Shown piece by piece: positions 29,496 to 37,580 of a stretch of 64,000 bases of DNA. Under the pieces are notes generated by a model. That model did not search any database, had not been told where the DNA came from, and saw only the letters and a list, made by a program, of their open reading frames with translations. This DNA comes from Spirochaetales bacterium. Lineage in GTDB: Bacteria; Spirochaetota; GWE2-31-10. The stretch's first letter is position 1. Every line of letters begins with the position of its first letter. The DNA lies in the NCBI GenBank assembly GCA_017624275.1, contig JAGANG010000048.1, forward strand, positions 199-64,198, written 5' to 3'. A program made the position numbers and the translations under genes.

Positions 29496-29837
29496 TTATT
29501 CATCTTCATCATAATCATTATAATCTAATTCGTCGTCTTCGTAATCATCTTCATCATCGTCGAATTCGTCATAATCTTCATCGTCTTCATCATAATCATC
29601 ATAGTCTTCGTCGTCATAATCTTCATCATCATAATCATCGAAGTCATCATCATAATCATCATCATCAAAGTCGTCATCAAAGTCGTCGTCTTCGTCATAA
29701 TCTTCGTCGTCTTCATCATAATCATCGCTGTCATCGTAGTCATCATCAAAATCGTCTTCTCCGTCATCGTCATCATCGTACGCAACAGCAAAAAGAGTAT
29801 TTTTTTCTAATAATTCTTCTTCTTCTACATAAAACAT
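29496..29837 (-). CDS. Hyperacidic Asp/Glu-rich protein with periodic Tyr/Phe (no known family)
   Basis: 113 aa. GGGAGGG lies 8 nt upstream of the ATG, and a strong terminator lies directly downstream. In residues 21-113, 72 of 93 are D/E and 17 are Y/F. Only one basic residue (K12). No signal peptide. Confidence 0.7.
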   Translation of the reverse strand: MFYVEEEELLEKNTLFAVAYDDDDDGEDDFDDDYDDSDDYDEDDEDYDEDDDFDDDFDDDDYDDDFDDYDDEDYDDEDYDDYDEDDEDYDEFDDDEDDYEDDELDYNDYDEDE

Positions 29838-29937
29838 AATAAGGTCCCTCCCTTAGTGTCTCTAAAATTTTCATAGACATAGAACATAAAGCAAATATTC
29901 TTGTCAAGATATTTTTTATGAATTAATGCTATACATC

Positions 29938-30603
29938 CTATGAAAAAATACTGTTTAAAATAGAACTGCAATCTTTCTTGAAATAATCCACAAAATTTTG
30001 AGATGCAGTAAACACGGGGATCTCATATTCTTCCGTTAAAATTTGAGGCAAAGGCCAGCAGTCTTTAGCCATTACGCACCAAATAACAAGCATCTTTACG
30101 TTCTTTTCAATAAAATCAGCCAGTCTTACCGGTTCTTTTAATTGCAAATCTTTCATGAACGACAAAAAACCTACCGGTTTTTCACGATAATAATATTTAC
30201 TGTTAATTTTATCGTTTCCTAAGTAAAACTTAAGTAATTGATTTCTAAGTTTATTACCAAAGCTATTTTTTTTGTATTTACCACTTAAAAGTGTTCCGTA
30301 AAAATCCGGTTCAATAAAAAAAACACCTTTTATTTTTTCTGAAAACCGTTTTACCAACTCACCGGCAATGTAAGAAAAAACTCCGAATGAAACAATATAA
30401 ACCGGCTCTTTTTCATTTATTATAATTTGCGATATATTCAAAACAAATTCATCATAAGTTGTGTCTTTAGAATAATCTAAAAAAATCGGATTATACTGAA
30501 TACTTCCAAAAAGACTGTAAACAACTTCATTACTAAAAATTCGGTTAAAAGGGAAGAAAGGAGAGACAATAACACTGACAGGTTTATTATTTTCCAAATT
30601 CAC
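29938..30603 (-). CDS. Hypothetical protein, possibly a degenerate alpha/beta-hydrolase fold
   Basis: 221 aa. GTG start with GGGAGG 6 nt upstream. The strand/helix pattern resembles a small alpha/beta hydrolase (PVSVIVSPFF..., EPVYIVSFGVFSYIAGELV), but I see no GxSxG and no catalytic His. Confidence 0.45.
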   Translation of the reverse strand: MNLENNKPVSVIVSPFFPFNRIFSNEVVYSLFGSIQYNPIFLDYSKDTTYDEFVLNISQIIINEKEPVYIVSFGVFSYIAGELVKRFSEKIKGVFFIEPDFYGTLLSGKYKKNSFGNKLRNQLLKFYLGNDKINSKYYYREKPVGFLSFMKDLQLKEPVRLADFIEKNVKMLVIWCVMAKDCWPLPQILTEEYEIPVFTASQNFVDYFKKDCSSILNSIFS

Positions 30604-30647
30604 TTTTTACCTCCCGATAGCTTTTCTATAAAATCTTAGAATTTTAA

Positions 30648-32006
30648 TTAATTCGTACTATTAAGCAACGCTTCTATTGCTACTTTATTAATTTTTCCCA
30701 TTTCGTTTTTGGGAATTTTTGTTTGAAAAATTTTCTTAGGAACTGCATAACCAGGTAAAATCTTTCTCAAGTCTCTGCTAATTTGATTTATATCCAATAT
30801 ATTATCAAACTCAACTAAAATATAAATAGATTCGTCCTGGCATCCCACAAAAACTTCATTTTCATTTAAGTCAATTCCAAATGAATCTTTTAAATAAGTT
30901 CTAAAATTAGCAGAAACGAATCCCAAATCAACTCTTTTTCCATGTATTTTCACAAAGCGAGTATTACGTCCCAATAAAACAAAATGTTTATCATCAGTAA
31001 ACTTTACAACATCACCGGTACAATAACCAATATCTTTATCATATTCGACAGAAATCGCAGGAGATGAAATAAAAAGTTCCAATTCTTGTTCCGGGTCATA
31101 ATTTTTTATTGTTACGTAATCAATCAAACAATAATTGGGATTTTCTGCAAATACTCGATATGCCATCCCTCCGGTCTCTGTAGAACCGTAAATCTCATGA
31201 ATCTTAATACCTTTTTCTAAAAACTTTTGAGAAATCTCTCCCGGTAAAGGCCCGGAAGAACTAAAAGCACCTTTTAATTTAGAAAAACTATCTATTAAAT
31301 CCAACTTATCAAATAATGAATAATAAGACGGTACCGAAACGAGATAATCAATATTTGACTTTGCAACATAATCAGCTATTGATTCCGGTGTGAAAAAAGA
31401 ATTCAAATCAATCACTGCTGAAGCAAAAATAGGTAACATCGTAAAAAGAAAACCATAAATATGATAAATCGGCGGTATACAAAAAAATACATCTTCGCTT
31501 TTCAGCGAAAACAATCTGTGAAGTTCCGCCAACTCGGTTAATATATTGGAATTCCATTTGCCAATATTTTTAGATTTTCCCGTAGAACCGGACGTAAAAA
31601 AATACAAATCATAAGTATTTTCAAAACTCTTAACTTTATCCGGACAAAAATTCTCGCCCGGAATTAAAGAAAAATCTTCATTCAAAAAAATACCATCCGG
31701 GCAATGTTTATTGTCACTGATATAAATTATACCCGGCTCAAAGAAAATTTGAGGTTGAATTTCAATAGGAACTAAAACCGTTACCAGGTTCAATTTCTTC
31801 ATTGTAAAAAATAAAATTAAAAAAGAAAACCTATCCTTTATATCAATATAAACTCGCTTGTTATCAATATCTTTTAGCAAATTACAAAAATTCTTTTCCA
31901 ATAAAGATATTTTTTTATCTATATCACTTTTTGTATAGCAAGAATCTTTATATAAAAAGGAAACATTTTGCGAATCACTGTAAATCGAATACAAAGAATT
32001 TTTCAT
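30648..32006 (-). CDS. AMP-dependent synthetase/ligase (short, about 450-aa adenylate-forming enzyme; probable acyl/aryl-ACP ligase)
   Basis: Adenylation core motifs FFTSGSTGKSKNIG, YGSTETGG, TGDVV, GRNTRFVKIHGKRVDL and EMGKINK. Its ATG overlaps the upstream stop (ATGA). Confidence 0.85.
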   Translation of the reverse strand: MKNSLYSIYSDSQNVSFLYKDSCYTKSDIDKKISLLEKNFCNLLKDIDNKRVYIDIKDRFSFLILFFTMKKLNLVTVLVPIEIQPQIFFEPGIIYISDNKHCPDGIFLNEDFSLIPGENFCPDKVKSFENTYDLYFFTSGSTGKSKNIGKWNSNILTELAELHRLFSLKSEDVFFCIPPIYHIYGFLFTMLPIFASAVIDLNSFFTPESIADYVAKSNIDYLVSVPSYYSLFDKLDLIDSFSKLKGAFSSSGPLPGEISQKFLEKGIKIHEIYGSTETGGMAYRVFAENPNYCLIDYVTIKNYDPEQELELFISSPAISVEYDKDIGYCTGDVVKFTDDKHFVLLGRNTRFVKIHGKRVDLGFVSANFRTYLKDSFGIDLNENEVFVGCQDESIYILVEFDNILDINQISRDLRKILPGYAVPKKIFQTKIPKNEMGKINKVAIEALLNSTN

Positions 32007-32890
32007 AAGACAACCTCAAATAGGAAATATTTCCCTTTAAAATGTCCTATCACAGCAGTCTTTCCATGAAGACTTAAAATAAAAGGAAGTGCCAACCGTG
32101 TTATTATTGAAATCGGTGCATCGCCGACTATCGGATAATCAGTCAGCAATTCTGCATTTACTTTATCTTTTAGTTCTATAAAAGACTCTTTATCTGCAAA
32201 TACGTATTCATAATCACACAAGAAGCTTTTTATTTGCTCCCATGAACAATTTTCATGCTTTAGAAAAAATCCTTTTTGTTCATCAACATTCTTTTGAATT
32301 TTATAAGAAACAAAACTTGGATAAAGTTGATATTTGTATTTTACTTCCAAATCATAAAATGAAGAATACTCATCTCCGGCAACAATTACAAATTCCGGAT
32401 TAATTCTTACTAAGAATTTTATTAAATCTACAAAAGATTTTCCCGTATTTATTCCGTCAGACACTGCTAAACAATAATTATGATATTTATTAATTATTGT
32501 GTAATATCCTAAAGGTGTATTATGTACTGAATTATGAAATAAAACAGGACTTACTAATTTACTTTGATTCAATTCTAAATCTGCAATAATTTTATTCGAT
32601 GTATCAATCTCAGCAAAAGATGTGAATAAATAAATTTCGTCATCTTCCCTAAGATTTTTTGCACCTCCGTTTTGAAGTGCTTGATACACACCTAAAGACA
32701 ACTGACTCATTCGTCGTTTCAAAGGTGATTTTATATTATCAGACAATCCGGGAATCTCTTGTGATAAATTCTCTGGTAATTTCACATCAGAAAAAAGACC
32801 ATTGCTATACATTTCTCTTAATGAATCTAAAGATGAAACATTGGAATTTATGAAATGAATATCTCTAATGTAAGTAAATTCTTGTTCCAT
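32003..32890 (-). CDS. Ketosynthase N-terminal-like partner protein (chain-length-factor-like, PF13723-type)
   Basis: 295 aa. KRRMSQLSLGVYQAL and FHNSVHNTPLGYYTI resemble the KS-like partner proteins of aryl-polyene-type clusters. No Cys-His-His triad. Translationally coupled on both sides. Confidence 0.6.
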   Translation of the reverse strand: MEQEFTYIRDIHFINSNVSSLDSLREMYSNGLFSDVKLPENLSQEIPGLSDNIKSPLKRRMSQLSLGVYQALQNGGAKNLREDDEIYLFTSFAEIDTSNKIIADLELNQSKLVSPVLFHNSVHNTPLGYYTIINKYHNYCLAVSDGINTGKSFVDLIKFLVRINPEFVIVAGDEYSSFYDLEVKYKYQLYPSFVSYKIQKNVDEQKGFFLKHENCSWEQIKSFLCDYEYVFADKESFIELKDKVNAELLTDYPIVGDAPISIITRLALPFILSLHGKTAVIGHFKGKYFLFEVVL

Positions 32891-34059
32891 TATGCGTCTT
32901 TCTCTCCGGAATTATCATCTAAATTTGTTTTTATCAATACAGAAACATTGTTTCCGCCGAATCCAAAAGAATTCTTTAAGAAATATCTTATATTTTCCGC
33001 TTTTACTGTTTTTAACGGAATTAAAGGACTGATAGGATCAGAAAAATCTGTCGGCTGATAAATAAAACCGCTTCTTAACATATCAATACAAATTGCAATT
33101 TCTGCAATTGTCGATGCCCCTAATGTATGACCGACATATGACTTTAATGAAGTTACAAGAGTTTTCTTGCTGAAAATATCTTCCAATACAGACAATTCTA
33201 CTTGGTCATTCATTTTTGTCCCGGTACCATGAGCATTTACATATCCCACATCATCGGAACAAACTCCTGCTTCATCTAATGCACTATAAATACATTTTCT
33301 TTGATTTGCTCCGGAAGGATCCGGAGAAGTAATATGATGTCCGTCAACTCCGGAAGCAACACCGGCTATTTCAAAATCATTAGGTGTTCGGGATTTATTC
33401 TCTAAAATAAGAATTCCGGCTCCCTCTCCCAGCGTAAGACCGTCTCTCTGCTCTGTTAAAGGACGTGAAGCTTTATCTGACACCAATTGTAACGAATCAA
33501 AACCAATCAACGTTGTTTTTGAAATTATATCAATCCCTAGTAAAATCGCATAATCAATTACTCCGGCACGAATTAAGCGTGCTGCTTGATAAATTGCGTG
33601 TCCTGAAGAAGAACATGCGGTTGAAAAAGTAAAAATCTCACCGATTTTTCCTTCCGGATATCTCTTTTTTACATCCGTACTGGTTTTATTGAAAAAATGG
33701 TTTTCAAACACAGAATAAGAAGATTTTTTATTAATCAAATCAATATAATTACACTCAGTTTCTCTTATTCCGCCTGTCGATGACGATAAAAAGACCGGGA
33801 TATTTTCATGCGAATCGATAAAGTCTTTGCACTTATCTAGAAGAGAAAAAATAATAGCAGACGATCTGACTTGATTCCCATATTCTTTAAAAGAATTCGA
33901 AATCTCATAATAAGGCTTACTAAAATTAAAAACTTTTTCGTCTGTTCTCGGTTCTGGTTTATTCTGGCTTAAAGACTGTAAAATTTCATCTGTAGTAATA
34001 CCAAGGGAGCTTGCACTCCCATGGTACGTAATAAACACTCTATTTTTTTGCATTTTCAT
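32890..34059 (-). CDS. Beta-ketoacyl-ACP synthase (FabF/FabB-like, divergent)
   Basis: 389 aa. Active-site Cys in FSTACSSSGHA, and His residues in NAHGTGT and VGHTLGAS. The C-terminus carries NSFGFGGNN. Confidence 0.88.
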   Translation of the reverse strand: MKMQKNRVFITYHGSASSLGITTDEILQSLSQNKPEPRTDEKVFNFSKPYYEISNSFKEYGNQVRSSAIIFSLLDKCKDFIDSHENIPVFLSSSTGGIRETECNYIDLINKKSSYSVFENHFFNKTSTDVKKRYPEGKIGEIFTFSTACSSSGHAIYQAARLIRAGVIDYAILLGIDIISKTTLIGFDSLQLVSDKASRPLTEQRDGLTLGEGAGILILENKSRTPNDFEIAGVASGVDGHHITSPDPSGANQRKCIYSALDEAGVCSDDVGYVNAHGTGTKMNDQVELSVLEDIFSKKTLVTSLKSYVGHTLGASTIAEIAICIDMLRSGFIYQPTDFSDPISPLIPLKTVKAENIRYFLKNSFGFGGNNVSVLIKTNLDDNSGEKDA

Positions 34060-34294
34060 TTACAAAATCGTAGAAAATTTTAAATGAATCCAGTTTATTT
34101 TGATTCAAATCTTTATCTTTTATTTTAATTCCGAATTTCTTTTCGATTTCTACAATTAATTCCAAAACATCAATTGAATCGAAAAATAATCCGTCCTCTC
34201 CGATTAAAACTGTATCATCTGTAATTGAACTGATATCATCATCACTTTTTGCTACAGTTAAAATCACTTTTTTTAATTCATCTTTATCAACCAT
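34040..34294 (-). CDS. Dedicated acyl carrier protein
   Basis: 84 aa. Phosphopantetheine site DSIDVLEL. GGAGG RBS. Its 3' end overlaps the KS start by 20 nt. It begins 24 nt after the secG stop. Confidence 0.8.
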   Translation of the reverse strand: MVDKDELKKVILTVAKSDDDISSITDDTVLIGEDGLFFDSIDVLELIVEIEKKFGIKIKDKDLNQNKLDSFKIFYDFVNENAKK

Positions 34295-34318
34295 AATTTC
34301 CTCCCCTATCTAATTCTC

Positions 34319-34867
34319 TTATTCTACTATTGTAGTTACAGCCTCAGGAGAATAATTAATATCATTCAAGATTTCTACAATTCGTGCTTTATTATTCTTT
34401 GCAGCATCTTTTGTCAAAGTATAATACAAACCGCTCTTATCTTTTTCATAATAAGATTTAAGTTCTGTTTTAACACCTTCATCAGAAATCTTTCCGATAA
34501 TAAAAGTTTCAAAATCTTCTGCGTTAATATTTTCCGGAGCTTCAGACAATGTTTTAACAGCAGTTTCTGAAGTAATACCGGCATCAAATTCTAACTCGCT
34601 TATAAGTTTATCTCCAATTTGAGCGTCTCTTGTTGTCTTAGCTGAAAGAGATCCGATTATCAAACTCAAAACAAAGAATAAAACTAAAAGAACAGAAGTT
34701 ATTTTTGTAAGCATTGTCGCTGAACTTGCACCAAAGAAAGACTGTGATGATCCGCCAAGAACACCCAATCCGCCACCGGATTTATCTTCTTGAACTAAGA
34801 TTACCAAAGTCATTAAAACACAAACGACAAGCATAATCACTGCTAAAATATTAATTGTTAAATGCAT
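34319..34867 (-). CDS. secG: Preprotein translocase subunit SecG with a long C-terminal extension
   Basis: The N-terminal 75 aa or so match SecG (two TM segments flanking QEDKSGGGLGVLGGSSQSFFGASS). An extra soluble tail of about 100 aa follows. It sits downstream of tpiA, as in many bacteria. Confidence 0.8.
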   Translation of the reverse strand: MHLTINILAVIMLVVCVLMTLVILVQEDKSGGGLGVLGGSSQSFFGASSATMLTKITSVLLVLFFVLSLIIGSLSAKTTRDAQIGDKLISELEFDAGITSETAVKTLSEAPENINAEDFETFIIGKISDEGVKTELKSYYEKDKSGLYYTLTKDAAKNNKARIVEILNDINYSPEAVTTIVE

Positions 34868-34882
34868 TTTATTTCCTTAAAA

Positions 34883-35644
34883 TTAAACTTTTTCAAATTT
34901 AGCAATTTTTGTAAACGGAGCCAATTTAAGAGATGCACCGCCGACTAACGCTCCGTCAATATTTTTTTGTGCCATCAAATTATCAACATTTGCATCAGAT
35001 ACAGAACCACCATATTGAACAGTCACATTTTCTGCAACTTCAGCACCATAAAGATTTGTCAAAATATTTCTAATATCTTGGTGGGTCGCTTCTGCAATTT
35101 CCGGTGTAGCGGTTTTTCCAGTACCGATAGCCCAAACAGGTTCGTAAGCGATTACAACATTAGCCATTTCTGCCGCAGAAACATCTTTTAACCCTTCTTC
35201 CAATTGTTTTTTTACAACATCAGCAGTAACACCGGCTTCTCTTTCTTCCAAATGCTCTCCGATACAAAGAACAGGTTTTAAACCTTTTGCCAATGCAAAT
35301 TTCACTTTTTTATTGATTAAAGCATTATCTTCCTTATAGATATCTCTTCTTTCTGAATGTCCTAAAATAACATACTCAACACCCAAGTCGAGCAACATAT
35401 CCGCAGAAACTTCTCCGGTATAAGCACCTTTTTCATTATCATTCATATTTTGAGCACCCAACTTTATAGGTGTTCCTGCAATAGCTTCTTTTACATACGC
35501 AAGTGATGCAAAATTCGGTGCAATCATAACATCTACATCTTTATCTAAATCTTTAATGTTTGCAGCAAGCTCTAAAGCAAATTTTTTCGCTTCGCTTGGA
35601 GTTAAATTCATCTTCCAATTTCCTGCCATTAAATATCTTCTCAT
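34883..35644 (-). CDS. tpiA: Triosephosphate isomerase
   Basis: 253 aa. AGNWKMN, ILGHSERR and AYEPVWAIGTGKTA. Confidence 0.95.
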   Translation of the reverse strand: MRRYLMAGNWKMNLTPSEAKKFALELAANIKDLDKDVDVMIAPNFASLAYVKEAIAGTPIKLGAQNMNDNEKGAYTGEVSADMLLDLGVEYVILGHSERRDIYKEDNALINKKVKFALAKGLKPVLCIGEHLEEREAGVTADVVKKQLEEGLKDVSAAEMANVVIAYEPVWAIGTGKTATPEIAEATHQDIRNILTNLYGAEVAENVTVQYGGSVSDANVDNLMAQKNIDGALVGGASLKLAPFTKIAKFEKV

Positions 35645-35801
35645 AATACTTACTCCACTGAAAAAAAATAATTGGGTCGAATATACCCTTATGAAATTAA
35701 ATTGTCAAAGTATTTTTCGATATTGCGGTTCTATAATTCTTAACTGTACCTTTTACCTAAAATAAGGTACAATTATCGTCAATTATTTTCAAGGAGACCT
35801 T

Positions 35802-36494
35802 ATGTATTTTGACCCTCTTTATATAATACTTTCTGCTCCGATACTGCTATTTTCAATGTTGGCACAATGGGCGGTAAAATCTAACTTTTCAAAATATTCA
35901 AGAATAAAAAACAGTTCGGGAATTTCCGGTTGTGAAATTGCACGTATGATTTTAGAGCGTAACGGAATTATGGATGTTAAAGTTGAACCGACAAGCGGCT
36001 GGTTATCAGACCATTATTCTCCGTCAGAAAGAGTTTTAAGATTATCAGAGCCTGTTTACGGAAGCAATTCTATTGCTGCTATCGGTGTAGCTGCTCACGA
36101 AGCGGGGCATGCATTACAACATCAAGACGGTTATTCTATGATGAAAATCAGACAATCTCTTGCTTATCCTGCATCTTTTGCAAGCAATATTTCTGTTTGG
36201 CTAATATTTATCGGAGCGATTATAGGTGCAATGGGACTGGCTAAAATCGGTTTTTTCCTATTTTGTATAGTTGTATTATTTCAATTAGTTACACTTCCCG
36301 TAGAATTCGACGCTTCCAGAAGAGCAAAAAGAATATTAATGGAATACTGTATTGTTAATGACAAAGACTCTCATGGTGTTGCAAAAGTCTTAAATTCTGC
36401 AGCAATGACTTATATTGCAGCAGCAGCAGCTTCAATAAGTCAATTGTTATACTATGCAATAAGACTCGGCTTATTTAATAGAAGAGACGACTGA
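35802..36494 (+). CDS. Membrane zinc metallopeptidase (Zn_peptidase_2 family)
   Basis: 230 aa. HEAGHALQH within the conserved AAHEAGHA context, with flanking TM segments. Confidence 0.85.
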   Translation: MYFDPLYIILSAPILLFSMLAQWAVKSNFSKYSRIKNSSGISGCEIARMILERNGIMDVKVEPTSGWLSDHYSPSERVLRLSEPVYGSNSIAAIGVAAHEAGHALQHQDGYSMMKIRQSLAYPASFASNISVWLIFIGAIIGAMGLAKIGFFLFCIVVLFQLVTLPVEFDASRRAKRILMEYCIVNDKDSHGVAKVLNSAAMTYIAAAAASISQLLYYAIRLGLFNRRDD

Positions 36495-36539
36495 GATTTG
36501 TTTACGAAATTCTAAAAATGTTTTATTAATAAAATAATT

Positions 36540-37580
36540 ATGAATAAAAACTACATGAAAATATTAAACCTAAGTAACGAATCAATAAAAAATCTTCTTA
36601 TTCCTTTTGAAAAGAAATTTCAGATAGAACAAATGAATCCGGAAAATCTGACAAGGCAAATATTCGAAAACATAAAACCGGATATTGTAATAACTTCTGT
36701 AATAAGTAAAAGATTGTTGAATTGGAAAGAAAAATTCTTTACCAAGCTAATCAAAGTTTTTGATTCTCCGGAAAATTTGTCTATTGAACCATACGTTGAC
36801 GATTTTATTATTTTAAACCAACCGGAAACTTCTGCTCGACTGGCTCAAATCATTGCATCACAAGAGAAAATTCTGCAATTGCAATACAATTCGCAAAAAC
36901 ATTATAATTTTTTGTCTAATACCGTTCACGATTTAAAAACTCCGCTGACATCCATTTTAGGATTTGCTGAATTATTGCAGGAAGAAAGGATTTCCGGAGA
37001 GTTAAATCAAAAACAGCAAAAATTTATAACTCAAATAACAAATTCTGCGAATCACCTCTTTCAAATGATAAAAGATTTACTGAATTATTCTATTGTTGAA
37101 TCAGGACGTATGCAACTGGAAATAAAAAAGCAAAATTTAAATGATGTTCTATATCAAATTTACCCGGAAATCGCCGTTTTGATAAAAAATAAAGAAATAA
37201 ACTATCTGACTTCTGTTGCAGATAATATTTACGGTTTTTTTGACCAAGACAGACTGCGTCAAGTTTTAGAAAATCTGATTTCAAACGCCGTAAAATTTAC
37301 ATCAAAGCAAGGTATGATTCACGTTTCCGCATTGCGAACAAGAAACAGTTTAAAAATTACGGTAAAAGATACAGGAATCGGCATTGCCCCTGAAGATATT
37401 GAAAAAATTTTAGATAAAGAAACTCTTTTTACTACAAAAGGAATTAACGGCGAAAAAGGTACCGGGCTGGGAGTGTCCATTTGTGTCGAAATTATGCGAG
37501 CTCATGACGGAGAACTTGAAATTGAAAGTCAGCCTAAAGAGGGAACCGTCGTAACATTAACATTTCCGGATCACGATTAA
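36540..37580 (+). CDS. Cytoplasmic sensor histidine kinase with an N-terminal pseudo-receiver-like domain
   Basis: H-box SNTVHDLKTPLTSILGFAELL, N-box LENLISNAVKFT, G1 VKDTGIGI, G2 GTGLGVSI. No TM segment. The first 110 aa or so have a receiver-like pattern without the acidic pocket or phospho-Asp. Confidence 0.85.
   Translation: MNKNYMKILNLSNESIKNLLIPFEKKFQIEQMNPENLTRQIFENIKPDIVITSVISKRLLNWKEKFFTKLIKVFDSPENLSIEPYVDDFIILNQPETSARLAQIIASQEKILQLQYNSQKHYNFLSNTVHDLKTPLTSILGFAELLQEERISGELNQKQQKFITQITNSANHLFQMIKDLLNYSIVESGRMQLEIKKQNLNDVLYQIYPEIAVLIKNKEINYLTSVADNIYGFFDQDRLRQVLENLISNAVKFTSKQGMIHVSALRTRNSLKITVKDTGIGIAPEDIEKILDKETLFTTKGINGEKGTGLGVSICVEIMRAHDGELEIESQPKEGTVVTLTFPDHD

Noticed and set aside
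29525-29791. Third-frame minus-strand ORF (Met/Thr/Lys-rich, 88 aa) inside the acidic-protein gene.
   Set aside because: It is a low-complexity frame artefact of the same triplet-repeat DNA, with no translation signals.
29480-29839. Plus-strand 119-aa His/Arg-rich ORF (HLHHNHYNLIRRLRNHLHH...) mirroring the acidic-protein gene.
   Set aside because: It is the antisense reading of the GAT/GAA-rich tract. It would start at a TTG inside the terminator stem with no RBS. The minus-strand ORF, by contrast, has a strong RBS, a candidate promoter and a terminator. I kept it as the alternative to exclude experimentally.
35725-35790. Hairpin GTACCTT/AAGGTAC in the tpiA / zinc-peptidase divergent intergenic region, considered as a terminator or riboswitch.
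   Set aside because: No T-run follows on either strand and I recognised no conserved motif. It may be an operator or a 5'-UTR structure, but the evidence is too thin to call.
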